Assembly: GCF_964355755.1 (NCBI RefSeq)
Contig: NC_092671.1
Span: 18,042,001 to 18,106,000, forward strand
Reading direction: 5' to 3'
DNA from: Antedon mediterranea
Lineage: Eukaryota; Animalia; Echinodermata
Length of the DNA: 64,000 nt
The translations under genes were made by a program, and so were the position numbers. Positions 25,451 through 40,009 of the stretch are shown piece after piece. Position 1 is the stretch's first letter; each line of letters starts with the position of its first letter. Below the pieces are notes generated by a model that saw nothing but the letters and a program-made list of their open reading frames with translations, was not told the origin of the DNA and searched no databases.

Positions 25451-28400
25451 TTATGAAACATTAACATATTTAAATATCGCACATTTTAATAGAAAATCCG
25501 TACACATAGGCAACATGACAGATATGTTAGAAAGGCTGAAGGCGCCATGTTGTTTTAAGTTGAATTGCAAATCTTCAATATTACAACCCGCTGCTATACC
25601 TCATCATCACTAAATTGCACAAATTAATTGTTCTTGGATTTTAGTTATACTATAGTAAATCTACAATCAATATCGTGAAATTGATTTATGTTGGTAAATC
25701 ATCAATTATGGTACTTGTGTATTATAATAACGGACGGCGATGGCCATGGACATATGCTCCCTAGCAACAAATGGCAATGTTGACGTGGATATTGCGATTA
25801 CTTTGCTTAAAGCGGGTATGACAGTAGTTGATGTTGAAAGGCCTACAAACGATGATAATGAATTGAAGCAGAAACGACGGCCGGTGTTCTAATGAATATG
25901 ATAATAATGAGATGGCAAACTGGTTAACTTAACTTTTGATGACTTTAAATGATGAAATTGTACCATAACATTAAACATTATTTTTATAGGTCTCACTAGT
26001 TTTTTAATTACATTGTTTTAATTTCATTTTATTTATTTGTTAAACAAAAACGTTTTCTAGGACTTTTAAACAGTCAATGAATGAGATGGCTCACAAGTCA
26101 GAAATCCTAGATTACAAATTACAACAGTAAATATGTTAAAATTCATAAAAACGAATATAAACACTTTTCTATGATTTGTAAATGAGAGTAAAATAAAAGG
26201 ATTATTCTGACCCCACATTAATTGATTGCAGATTATTTTGTTTCTATATCATATATAAAGAATAAAGTGCATGCTCTTGGCTTTTTTTTATTAGTATTGA
26301 TTTTTAATAATATATCATAATTATCTAACAATGTTGATTTATAATGGGGTTTTTCATATGTTAGCATGCTCATTCCAATAATACGGAATGTAAATAAAAA
26401 AAGAAATTTGATATTTTTCAGTATCGATTAACGATACAGATTTTGTTATAGTTTATGATCATCAGTATCCAATCTGGTTGATATTAACAATCGTGATGTT
26501 CTATTTGTAACCCGTACTTGATTGAACTTGATTCGAAATCCTTCTACATCGCTTTTTATTATAATATCTGTCTAAGTTTTAAAACGCATGTTTAGATTAA
26601 TGTTTTATGTCAAGCCTGTTCTATGTACTCAAATAAAAATACATATTACCTCCATAAAAAAATGTTCACATTAATATAGGCCCCCAGTTATTTTGCATGT
26701 TGAATATGTTTTTAAAAAAATGTGCAATTTACAGAAAAAAATGCTTTCGTTGTAACCACTGAACTCTTCCCTGTTGTATCGAACAGTGTCATTATTCCCA
26801 TTCCCACCAAATGTTGCACTTGGCCTCCTTATGTAATTATATGTTTAAAAGTGCTAGTCAAAAATATTTGACTTGTGCAACATCATGCAAATGTTTATTT
26901 TACAATTTAAACCTCGAATGTACCCGAGAATATTCAATGTATAGGCCGAAACATCATTTTATTGAAAATATTACATTAGTGCATGTGTATAGTGAAAATA
27001 GGAATATGCTTTATCGAAAATGATTATTACTACGGTGATAAACTATACAAGAGTTATATACGTTATTATGGTAATACGACAAGGGTTACATGAATTAATA
27101 ATTAATAGCGTTGTACAAATCGGTAATAAAAATACTGTAAGTATTTTTGTAACCTGAACCTATAACTCAACTTAGGAGATTACCAGTGACTAAAAATACA
27201 GATGTACATTTTTAAAGCAATAATGCCGAGGTTGAAGTAACCATTTTAATCCCTAATTATTATGACCGAGTGTTATCAATAATATTGTCATGTTCAATGT
27301 GTACAACGCTTACTACATTTGTAATTTAATCTGATTTCATTGGGGACATAGCTGGCGAGAACACGTAATTTTCTTAAACCAAATTACACTAGGCCTACTA
27401 TGTTAGAAGATGATGAATATACACGTAAACGAACATATCTAAGTAGATAATATAAGAATAGATTATGGTATTTATTCTCAATAACAAAATACTAAATTGA
27501 TAGTTTAGCCATGTTTTTTTCGTATCGCATATCTCATTTCGACACATTACTGCAATAAATCACCCTTTTCCCAAATCTTCTTTATAACCATGTATTTTGA
27601 AGACATGTAAACAATACACTCAGGTTACCCTTAACGTATAGCAAGTGCTTAGAAGCATTTGCTGTCTAAATTATTAGTATTATTCATATTTTATACAGGC
27701 ACTCTAATCTTGTAACAAGCCACGGCTGTCCCGAAGGGCTGAATTCTAAATCTTAATACAACGGCGGAGCATGAAGTCAACGTTCGAGTAAAAACATAAG
27801 ACATAATTATCTTAAAAAGTAAGTCTTATTACAGTAGTTAGTATAAGCATCTACGTGTCGAACATAAACGCTCGAGTTTGAGTCAAGATTTCAACGTCAA
27901 AGAGGACTGTATAAAGAAGGGTGTCTAGCATTAATATTATGATTATTTCGTGAATTAGTTCAGTCCAAATGCATGCCCAGGACGTCGGAGAAGAGGTGCT
28001 TTCCGATACTGTATTTTCGGCAATAAAAATCTCATAATCAATGTTTAGGGCATCTGATATAGAAAACCCTGGTTTAGTTTGAATGTAATGCACACTATTC
28101 TAACACAGGGTGGAGGGTGGTGTTGTTGTATTTGGAAGCATCTAATACTGTATATGATGTCAAGACAATGTAGAGCTGCCAGCTACCATTGACGTACATT
28201 GTATAGGCAATCAACTGCAACAGTCAAGAAAGTTTTTCATCCCCCACCCTATTTAAAAAAATAAATGCTTAGGATTATACCTCATTTACATTCATTGCTG
28301 TTTATCCAACCACAATGCTATCCGGTGTAATTTCACTATATAAACTTCATGAGTATTATGTCCAACGTGTAACTGATAATATCTTTAAATGGCAAAAGCT

Positions 28401-29664
28401 ACATTTTGTATGAACTTAATTACCTCCAATTTATTCTGTATAGAGTTACAATTAGGTTGGGAAAATATCACCTTATAAGTCTGCAATTTAACTATCAATA
28501 TTTTATACCCTTGGAAAAATAATTACAATCGACGAACATCGTATGCAAAAGTCTACTCATGTTACAGTCTGTATAAAAATAAATTTACTGTCCAAACCAA
28601 AAAATAACAATTTAACATTTATTAATATTCATTATTCACTGCATAGGATTAATGCAATGAACGTGCCGATATAGTATAATACGTGATGGCGAATCTTATT
28701 TCAACACTGTTTATGTCCGTCAAATTACCAATCTAGCCGGGTCAATAGCCTATACAATATCATTTCCACTGAAGTGTTGAACAAATCGAAACAGACAATT
28801 CCTTGGATGGTCAACCACCTGACAACCCAGGGGGAAATAGCACCCCTCAGAAGAGGAAGAGACTCATATCTAATCAATATAATAATGGAAGTAATGGACG
28901 CACTCATCTAAACGGTCGGTCACGTTGTCACTATTTTTGCATTCCTATGTTTCTGTAATGTTACCTATCCCAACTTTAAAAATCGATATACTACTGCATA
29001 TATTAGGCCTACTAATAATAGTATAATATTCATTAAAGACGTTTATTATTATTTATACAATTTTTATACCATACACGTACGTGCCTACTACTGGTAATAT
29101 AATATAGTACCATCAGCAATGAACGCGTATTAAAAAGCTGTAATAGCATTAGTTTACACACACTAATAGTAATTATTTAAAAAAAAATGTTCAATAAGAG
29201 TAATACATTGACCAACTTACGTAATGATAAGGGAATGACGGATGACACGCGCGTTCCTTTTGCAAGACGCATATCGACCGGTATGATCCGTTGCCAAAAT
29301 AGCGTATGAGATGTTACTCGTGTACAATGCAAAATAATCTTCCTCCTCTGATAACAAAAAAATGAACCGTTTTCTCCTTCTGAGATTGATTGGATACAGT
29401 AATTGATGTTCGTTTGAACTACCTCATTCACCGGGTGTGTCTAGCAACAGAATATTTCGTATCAATACAATCTCTAATGAGTATAACCTTCAAAGAAATG
29501 GAAAAGTATATTCAACAGATAAGCACTGAAATCATTCAATGATTGAATTCAAGGCACTCAACGGTTGGCTGTCTTGCGTGTGACGTAGCATTAACATTAA
29601 GATTGCATTGAAAATGAGGGTTTTTGAATGGTGCATTGGCAACTCACAGAATGCGTTAAGTGAT

Positions 29665-30060
29665 AATGGCCGAACGCAATTTCACGATTGCAACGCAATA
29701 GAGTGTGGCACTGATCTGCTGTTTCAGTGAAAGGTCGCGTTCAAGGAACTTGTGTCTGAACGCGTAGGTTGGTTTTCAATGAATATAAGTCGTCGTCCTA
29801 CGAATTGGTTTTACTTACTAAAGACCATGGCTTAGTATTTCAGTTTTATATTAAATCTTAATTCTGTAGTAAATAAAATTGTTTTTGATTAACAAAGCGC
29901 TAATTGTACAAATTAGCGTTGTGATCGTTTTATATACGTTTCTTATTGCCGTTTTTTAATTCAATACGTTATGGCCGAACGCAATTTACACGATTGCGAC
30001 GCATGGGAGTAGGCTTACCGGGTCGTACAAATCTGCTGTTTTACTAAAAGGTCACATTCA
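29665..30060. repeat. Diverged direct repeat (about 80-90 bp, about 305 bp apart)
   Basis: ATGGCCGAACGCAATTT(A)CACGATTGC.ACGCA...TCTGCTGTTT...AAAGGTC.C.TTCA at about 29666 and 29971. Confidence 0.7.
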
Positions 30061-33000
30061 TCTCAGGCATAATAATAATATAATCATCACCATCGTTATT
30101 ATCATCATAATCTCATCACTACTAAGCATCATCATCATCGTCATCATCAAATACCATCACCATATTTATGACATTTCAGCATTTAGTCAATGTTCACTGC
30201 CAATCCTCTGTCCATCACAGTTACTTTGGTCCTCTAACAGAGTTTTTACAAACCAGGAAAAACATAAAAATGTTAATCAATTTTTACGGTGTTCAAAGTG
30301 AGATTCCTACTTAAAATATATAACTTTACACCTAAAAGTGTTTCCTGTCATTACAATATAATTTATGTAATACATTCCGAAAATTGTTAGACGTCTTAAC
30401 CATTAGTTACCAGTTTAGTTGTAGTGTAAGCTAATACGTGAAACACAAAATTAAGTGTTTAGACTTATGAATAAAATGGTTAGGATGGCGTAATATCTTC
30501 TACCGTATGTTGTTAAAATAAGTTGTCATGTAAAATTGTAAATCATATTGCGAATGATAATTTGAGGAAGGTGGAATCAGTAAATAACATCAGGATGGAT
30601 ATAAATTACCCAAGGCTCTGCTGCCGAAACAATTCGTTTCAGCGAAAAGATCGCGTAGCGACCTGTTTTCATAATGCACATAGTCGTAAATTTTACCAAA
30701 GACTCCAAAACGACTGGAGGAATTGGACTGACATTTTGCGAATTATTAGATATCATAATGGTTTATTTTCATGGAATTGCGTATACGTATAGGCCTACAT
30801 ATACTGTAGAAGTGCACGCGGGCAATGACCAGAAACTGTGAGCGAAAGGGGTAACTGAGGAGCCCACTTATCACTTCACTGATACGTCATCGCTAAATGA
30901 CACATATATACCCTAATATTCACATTTCGAGTTAAAATAAACTTAATAATATGCCGAAGACAAATGAAATGTCTAGATGATACAGAGAATAATTCGTTAT
31001 GTTAAAAGAGAGAATTGAAAATACAAACTAAATATAATTTAGTATTCGCGCAAGTGAGTATAGGCCAAACAAAGTAATTAAGCACACCCACCTTTAAAAT
31101 AATGGGAAAAGATATAATATTAAACAAACGAAACCATGGATTAGTCAGACAGATTTTTACCTGCGGAAGACAAATAGCAACGTGTCGCTATACATAAAGG
31201 TATCCATAATAAGAAAATGTCATAAGGACCTTGGTTGAAAGCTCCCACTGAAAGTTAGTAAGCATCCGAGCGCATTCACGCGATTAAGATATTACATATA
31301 AGTATCATACAATGGTCACTAAAGATCAATATTAATATTTTTATATTTGGTTCAGTTAATGTAATCATAATACTGTATTATGTAAACGTATAATGTAAAA
31401 CCTTGAAAACTAGCTCATTTACTTTTAAGATACTCCTGAGGTTGTACCTTCATTTTAAAATTAAGTAATAGAAAAAAAGATAATTTAAAAAGAAACACTA
31501 GGCTTAGTTTTGGATATTTAATATTAGTACCGAGAGTTATTTTTTAACGAAGCAGTAGGCATGTCGATTTTGTGTTCAACTTTTTTTTTGCTTTTTAAAC
31601 TCCTTTGTAAGTGTAGTATAGAAAAGTCTATATATACATTTACGTAAGGGCAAAATTCGGCAAATCGCACGTTACTTCTAGAATGTTTACTCGATGGTAT
31701 ACAAAGTTGGTTCGTACTTTCGGTAGGCCTACTGATTTTAACCAACTGATGAAACCCTGTTTACTAATTAAATTGAGTTAGACAATTAATTTAGGATCAA
31801 CGATTTTCCCCAAATAGGGGTGTTTTCCGATCGTGGTATACACTGTCTAATGGATGTCTTGAAATATACCCACCCATTTACCCATCTCCTTCTACGATAA
31901 TTGGTTTTAATAGCTGAAAACCGGTTGAACAGCTCGAGTACAGCATCATCAATTTGAAGACAGGTCGATTTTCTTTAAAAAATACTATTTTGATAGATTT
32001 AATATACGTTTATACAAATGTATTGATTTGCGATAAATTGAACATTCCAATCTCTCAGTCACTCATATAAGTATTTGGTTTAACACAAGTAGGTAAATGT
32101 ATGGGCCCTTGGGGGATAAACTTAAAACATTTAGAATAGTATTGCAATACTTTGACAATACTGTAAATACGTTAGGCCTATTACTGTGAGTGTGGGTAGG
32201 CCATACTGTTATGATTATAAACACATAATATACAAATAAACTTTATTACCGACAGTTGCTTCTGAACGTTTCTGTTAATTAATAATTAAAACAAATATAA
32301 ACGTCGTTTAGTGGTGTATCGTTATAAGTACTTTACTTATTAAATCGCAAATGTTTTACTGTATTTAGTGGTATACTATTTATAGGCCTAAAGTGGATAA
32401 AGAACATATTTAAAAATTGTTCCTCTTTGTATACCCATCCTCTTCCCCATCCTTCAACCCTAATGTTACATACAAAACACAAATTGGGTTTGTTTAAATG
32501 AGTCGGAAAACAAAAATTTGGACTCATTTTGTGACAAGTTTCTCTTTCAGAAGTAATTCCCAGGGTGGTAATTTTAGTTGACTACATACATCATCGTGTC
32601 TATTCGTTTCTGTAAACGACAATGTATTAATAGTCCTGCGGTACGTACATTTGAAATCGCCAGTTTTTTCACGCTGAAATTACTGTGTATTCGAGAACCA
32701 TCTAGTATAAGAAATTAGGGGAAAAGGGAAGTAATATGGAATATAATTTACCAAACTCAGGCCTACCACTGATGAAGTTGATGAAATTGTAATGATAAAA
32801 AACATTAGAAAATAACAAAAATGTTATAATAATGAAAACAATATGAAGATGATATGACTATGATGATATTAATGTGAATAAAAGGTTATTTTTGTCGCAT
32901 TAATTCGTTTATTTTGATTATTTACATGATTTTCGCAAGAGAAGCACAAGTCCGTTTAGTTTGAAGTCCACTTTTGTCCATCTTAGGCCGGAGTAGTTTC

Positions 33001-33508
33001 AAAGATTCATTTATGAATGAAATGAAATGCATAAGAAGTATACCACTATTAATACTGTATTATTATTAATAATTGTTATCAACAAAGTGTGATTAGCATA
33101 GTCTCTGTTTTAAATTTGTTTACCTTATACAGAATTCTCGTTTTATAGTTATAGCTTCATAACTTGTTAGGTCATTTTCTCTGCCAGTAAAACGATATCG
33201 GTGAATTTATGAACTGGCCCAAGTAAATTCAAACGAGTGATTCATCATCATCTATTTGCTTGACGAGATAATTGTCAATTATTAAAACAATAATATTGTA
33301 TATACTATTATCAAACATGTTAAAACTATAATAATTGATGACATATGCTTTGGTGACATATGACGACGCCTATGATATCTTTCTCTTTAGAGGTTGATGA
33401 AAGTACATAGTACTGTACCACGAAACCTCCACTTCGTCTGTAGGGAACAAGCTTACAACAAACCCACATAAACATAAACATGTTTTTCCGAGAAGTAAAG
33501 TGCATAAT

Positions 33509-34323
33509 AAACAAGGCCAACAGCCATTAAGTCGCGTGCTACAATGCATAGTGATACCGGACCGACAGACAGACCGACAGACCGACAGACAGACCGACAG
33601 AAAGACCGACAGACCGACAGACAGACAGACCGACCGACCGACATAGTGAACTATACTGACCGAAATTACTGAACATGTTTAAAAATGTTGAAATGTTTGA
33701 AAACATTTATATTTTTTTAATTTACACGTGCGTAGCCTGTCACTTTTGACGTGCTCGTATAACGTAATTTCGAGTTGAAAAGTAAGTCAAGAAAACAGAA
33801 ATCGGGCAAAAAGAGTGCGCAACAACATTTAACGCGCAGTGCGCGCGCAAAAATATGCGCACTCATGGCAATTTTGTAAACGCTTAAAATTGCCTGAAAC
33901 GTACTCTTATTTCATTGAAAATAAATTTTGAAAATTTTAAGCGCACGTACGCATGCGTTACATGCGCTACGCACGTAATTGTATTGCCATATGATGATTT
34001 ATGCCCTGAAATTTATGAGTACCAAATTTTATTTAATTGTGATTCATGGTTGTGAAGATATGATTAAAAACGTGATTTCGTTAAATCGTGCGCACCGTGA
34101 AAACATAACCACATTGATTCCTGGCCATAAGGAATATACTGTGAAAAATTGACCTAGCTAGATTAAACTGATATCAAGATAAGGTCAGAAAGCGATAAAA
34201 CGCATAGTGATACCGGACCGACAGACCGACAGACAGACAGACAGACCGACAGACCGACAGACAGACAGACCGACCAACCGACCGACATAGTGAACTATAG
34301 AGTCGCTTCCACGCGACTAAAAA
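33509..34323 (-). mobile_element. Non-autonomous Helentron-type (HINE/DINE-1-like) element with a GTCG/GTCT microsatellite and duplicated head
   Basis: Subterminal inverted repeat AGTCGCGTG (33530) / CACGCGACT (34310), a 5' hairpin AGTCGCGTGGAAGCGACT, and a 3' stem-loop GGC-TGTTG-GCC followed by TTGTTT. (ACCG/ACAG)n blocks at about 33560-33640 and 34215-34285. T-run insertion site with no TSD. Confidence 0.75.
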
Positions 34324-37300
34324 CGGATCTACGTACCTGGAAGGCCGGGTTGTAATGATTTTGAATTATAAATGCATGAATAAAAAGAATAGAAACAAGA
34401 GAGAGCTGGCGAGGGAGTCGCCTGAATTGGTTAACGAAGTTTTATACCGCGCGGCGACAAGCGTGTGAAAATAACAACGAATTGCGAAAGATTGCCAGAA
34501 AACCCTTCATTTTGTCGTTAATTGCGTGACAAATATGAAACAATAGCGTATATATATAGTTACAAAAGAAAATCTACGTTTCTAGAAATGTTAACGGTCA
34601 TATTCCTATAACACGTTTGCATTTCTGTTCGCCTATCTCAGAATTAAGCAAGGCTATTTGATGTTTAAGCCTATTGGTACCATTTATAACTCATCCAATT
34701 CTCAGTACTGTGTCTTCAGTGGTTTCATGGAAGGTTAAATTAAGGGTCCACGATACAGGCTCCATAAACACATGAAATACTGTATCACGTAATTTGCCAT
34801 GGTGCTACAGTAGATTTACCGTGACGACTCTCAAAACCAATTTCGCTAATTCATACTTCACGACTTTTACCATTATTTTAAATTTGTCTAACTCAACATA
34901 CTTCTGTTTGTGAAATATTTCTTTAGTTATAGCACTTGAATCAAAATAGAATAATTTGGTAAATTTATTCTATAGGGTCTCGTTTCTTATCAGATACATT
35001 ATCACTCTAAGCTTCATCTATAATTATTTCCATGGCACTCAACAGTATGGCGCCAATCATGGTACCTTAAAGGTGGTTCATAAAATCGATAGCATAAATA
35101 CGTCATCGTGGAATTAGTTTGATTCTTTGAAGATGTACTGTGTGTCCTGAATTCCAAACAAAATCTGCTGTAGAAGAGCTTAGGGCCTAAATCATCAACT
35201 TCTTAAAAACTCAATGTACAAAATCAGTTCGCATACATTTTAATATCAAACTTCTCGATTCTAATCATTACAAGACCTAATACTATTAGTTTTTGTTTTT
35301 TTAAGCAGAAAAATAAGATTTGTTGAAATTATAGCTTCCGTACACTGATTCAGTTAGTAGTGACAGTGCATTTTGTCTTATATTATGTTGAACAGGCAGG
35401 CATTGTGAAATATACACATAAAATGATAATAACGTTTTCAATCGTTTGTCCGATATCAAATTTTGGCATAGATTAAATCTACACGGTTTCAGTTATTAAC
35501 ATAGCTTTCAGCCTATTCCTTTCTCAAAAGATGTCATAGATTGTCCTGTACCCATGCTGAAGATAGGTGTAGTCGGACAACTAGAAACACTAGTAATGTT
35601 CTTTTATTGCTCCCACATCTTCACCAGTTGTCATTGGGTGCCGCCGATAAAAATGTGTAAGTTCAAATAATAATTAATTAATATTACTATCACAATTTAA
35701 GTACTAAGGAATACGCAACCATCACATTGATCATTTTCAAATATTTAGTAACTAATAATACACCTTGTATTAACATTATATGATATCTTTTTTACTGATA
35801 GATTTTAAAACAAATACCGGGTATTTGGTATAAACAAAAAATGTCAGTTTAAAACATAGCATTATGTCCATTTTCATATTCTTTATCCCTGCAATGAATG
35901 TTGTGTGATATTAATGATTGGCTTGAAAATTATTAATAAGAATAATGGATACACACAATGTAAACGAAGCACAATCTCTATAGATTCTTGGTTTGGTTGC
36001 TTCGAAACTTTGACGTCATATTGCGGTTCATCCATCACCATGGTAACTTTCACGAGTTTTCCTTCTCGTAAATTGATACATTCTAAGAACATATCACGGA
36101 GTCAAATTAAAGGTTTATGATTTGCAGTCATAGCCTAATTTATTTTAATGTTTTCACCGGATAAAAAATACAGTACTGTAAATAGCATTATGAATGAAAC
36201 AGACCATGGCATATAAACCGTATAATAATATGGCTGTGGATCTTAGAACCTTCAATGAGCGGCCTAATGTCGCAAGAAGCTCAGGCCTCGCCAACACTAG
36301 AAAGGACAAACTCACGAGTACTTTTTTTTTATAAACCTAGACTAGATTCTTCAGAAACACGATTTGAAATATTAGGCTATAATGTGTTTACGCCCAAACA
36401 TTCGAAGATTAATTGATCAACAGAAATTAACATGGAATATAACAAGACTTTGAATATAAAAAAAAACTAAATCGTAAAAAAATAGACATAATATATTTAA
36501 TCTAACATAATCCCAACCTCCATCATTTCTCCTCAACGTTTTCTTCATTATAACTCAATGTCAGTGACTCTTTGATAGCATCATGCTTTGAACGATAGTG
36601 CGACAAATAATTATATTGCAATGTTATAGGGCCTGGAATTTATTATTTCTAAGTGTTTGTATATATCAGGGATTTCTAATTAACACCTCCCTAATTGTTA
36701 TATTAAGTGGAAGAACATAGTTTTTTATTTAAAAAAAAGGTAAAAAATGCCTCTCACCTCTCAAAACATAACACCGACTCCCAACTCTTCATCTGTTAGC
36801 ATGTTGATGATGACGCTTCTGAGCAGGTTAATAACAATGATTAGTGTTATCAGAGTGTTCACGGTAGGCCTACTTACAACCAGACATTTTCCACCGTATT
36901 CTGATTTCTGTCTCTCAATTCAATTTCCCGAGTGCAGGAACGTCATAACGCATAGCTTCGAAACGTAATTGTGGTATTGGAAGTCTACGGTATATGAATG
37001 GCAAACCCGACCGTCGTTCGCCGCTGAATGAGCTAAACTTGTTTTTCATTTGACTAAGAGTGTATGCCTATATCCAGACTATTGCAAATGTATTGTAATC
37101 AAGTTAGGTCATGAGTGGAATATGATTCTAACAATTTGTCATTCCTTTTTAACATTGTTACAAGACCCCATGACAACTCATCTATACCCTTTTGTTTGTA
37201 GGTTACTTACGTCATTCTTGACGTATGAACATGATGTTTGCTTTTTCACAGCTCATTATGCTAATTAATTATCAAAAAGAATATATTTTTATTGTTGAAG

Positions 37301-38199
37301 AATTCGAATTTTCATAAATAGGCCTACTGCTAATAAGTAACAAACTTTCGTTTTAAACTGTAACAATAAGAATAACTGTCATTTCATGTAATTCACAGTG
37401 ATATTAAATTATTTTGTAAATTACTAATCAATATTAAGTCTATATATCCTGACTATACCGGTTTACAATCAATTATCAGAATTATGTAAATATGATTTGT
37501 AAACGTAAAATTAAATTTAAGCTCTCGTCAATATTTTTGCTAAATTAATCTGCCAAAGAGCAGCTATGCCCAACACAAAGACACATTTTAAGTTTAGGCC
37601 AATTAGGCTTATATTATTTAAAATCCATTAAAAAAAATATTTTTAAATAGATAAAATTTAATAAGACAGTTTTACGAAAAAGCACGATCATGATTATTAC
37701 ATTTTCGAAACCAGGATGTTGCATTTAATCCGTTCCCCTTACTTTATATATGTTCATTGCCAATCTGTCACATTTTATTTTGCAGAACAATTTTAACGTA
37801 CCTGGACATGAGGTCATCATATCATGACTACATGACTATTGGGCATTTCACACAGTTGTTATCAAATGAAATGTGATACTATCTGTACGCAGCGTAATTA
37901 AGTGTACTAAATCCAACAAATATTGTTATTATTTATGTTACCTGCGTCATTTATAATTAAACTTTAGTTGGCCGCGTCCTAAACGTCGGTGCGGCGCCTA
38001 ATCAAAATAGGCCTATCTGTTTTTCATTGTTTTTAGAATCGCCCGCGCAATAAACTGCGCTTATTTTCACTACGAACTAACATTTGTAAATTGTGTGGTT
38101 GTGTATGTGTGTAAATATTGGTTCCTACTAGGCCTACTACTATGCCTAGAACGCATTAAAATGAAGCGAAGTTACTCCTTCAATTCAAATAAATCACTG

Positions 38200-38353
38200 T
38201 AAAATTACTTGCGTTGCCGCTTTAGATTGGTTGCCACTAGGACGAGTTGACCAATGACTATCCACTGTTCAAATAATCCATCGCGTTTGATTGGTCAAAT
38301 CACTTACGTTGCGTTACGTCCTTGCGTTGCGCCCCTAGTGGGAACCAAGCTTT
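38200..38353. mobile_element. Palindromic MITE copy upstream of PDE12
   Basis: CCACTAGGACG...TTGACCAAT...ATTGGTCAA...CTAGTGGGAACCAAGCTTTA; same family as the copies at 25312 and 43428. Confidence 0.6.
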
Positions 38354-38699
38354 ATGTCGTCCTTGCGTTGCGTCCATGTGGGAAAAAGATTACTATATTT
38401 CCGGAAAAACTCATAAAAGTGCCAATTCTAAGGTGTGGTATTCAGAATAAATGTTGGGAGTTAAAATACAAGGCAGGTGCGAAAGATAAATATTTGTAAT
38501 CTTAGGTCTTGGGTCTTAGCTTTCGTGATCTTAGGTCTTAGGGGGTCTTAGCTTTCGTGGTCTTAGGTTTCGTGACACCCTGGTCTCCAGTTCTAAAACT
38601 GTTATGTGTGTATGGTAAAGATTTTCAAAGGATGCCCCCTCTCTTGATCCACCACTGTTTTGCTGGGCCGCATGTTTCTTGAGTATCGATCTTTACTAG

Positions 38700-38854
38700 T
38701 TAATTTTGTTTTTGTTTGCTTATTATAGTTTTTCTTATTCATGTCTTTTTATTTTTCTATAATGTTCTGCTTTGTTTGCTGGACCGCACCGGATATTGTG
38801 AGTGTCACTGATACAAAGGTGTATATGGTCAACAAATAAATAAATAAATAAATA
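38700..38854 (+). mobile_element. LINE/SINE 3'-tail fragment with (AAAT)n
   Basis: GGACCGCAC...GTGTATATGGTC followed by (AAAT)4; same layout as the LINE tail at 22270-22358. Confidence 0.45.
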
Positions 38855-39062
38855 TTTCCATGCGGTCCGGTCCGCCGCCGTTTTGTTGGGTTTCACTCTT
38901 TACTCATTTAGTCAACATTTCATAACAGCATGAAATGTTTTTCCATGCCTAAAAAAATAAAAATAAAAATTGCGTAATTCTGCAGTTAGAAGTTGTAAGA
39001 CTATAAATACACTGTGGTATGTACAATAATTTCGATTACCATCAACTGATAATCTATTTTAT

Positions 39063-40009
39063 ATGTCTGGCTTTCTGAAACGGGCCGTATTATCTATTAT
39101 TCCTAGGCCCGTCCGATTGAAGTTTCAGAGAAAAACATCGCCGACCGAGAGCAGCTGCCTGTCACCTGTCGCAAGTGTTCTTCCAAGGCCTAGGCCTATC
39201 CTAAACATGGAAAGAGTAAATGTTCGTTGTGTAGAAGAACAGGACGAAGCGATGAGTATAGCATTTGTTTATGAAGATATGAACTTGTGTTTACAACGTG
39301 ATAAAAATGAACAATTAGAGAGATCTTTAAACAGAATTCGTTCATCAATTCTTAAAAAATCCAAAATTATCGGTAAACGATCAAACAAGAAGTTAAAACA
39401 AGATCAAACTCAGTCTGGAGAAAATCACAAAGATTTACTACTAGTTTCACTGTGCAATTCTTTTGGTAAAGAAGTGGATTTATCATCAACAAATAGTGAA
39501 GCTTGGCAGTTTAGATCGGTTCTGAATGTAGGATCTTTTAAATATTCTGTTCATCGAAATTCACCAACAGTTAGAAACTTGTCGTTACCACGTTGTGCAG
39601 TTATAAGCTGCCCCGTGTTTCCCAGGGTGTCGTTCGAGTTTGCAGAAGATGCAGAGTATGTATGGTACCGTGGTTGTCCTGCTGATCCCTCAACTATCGT
39701 AAAGTCAACTGAAGAAGTCGAAGATGATAGTCAAGTTTTAAAGAAAAAACGACGTGAAGATACATCTGAAAATAGTACTAATGCTAACGAACCTAGTGTA
39801 AGTCATTGGGAAAAAGTGAGCACTGAAAAAGTGTATGTACCTTCTAAAATGGATGATGGTTTTTTGCTAAAACTTGATTGTACCCCTAAATCTAGTTCCG
39901 ATATTGGAGTAACTGCAAAATGTTTTCTTAAAAATCCTGTACGTTCAGCATCTACATTCCCATTTGAAAAGAGGCACAGCTTTACTGCTAAGGTTACACA
40001 ACCAAACAG
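39063..40009 (+). CDS. PDE12: PDE12 coding exon 1
   Basis: 316-aa ORF ending at the donor AG|GTAAGG (phase 2); N-terminal basic presequence-like segment. Confidence 0.92.

Noticed and set aside
30523-30792. Kinase-like words (GVFGKIY, ENRSLRDL) on the minus strand
   Set aside because: The motif spacing is incompatible with a kinase fold and stops flank it; likely chance.
33453-33644. ORF MSVGRSVCLSV...
   Set aside because: Translation of a tetranucleotide microsatellite.
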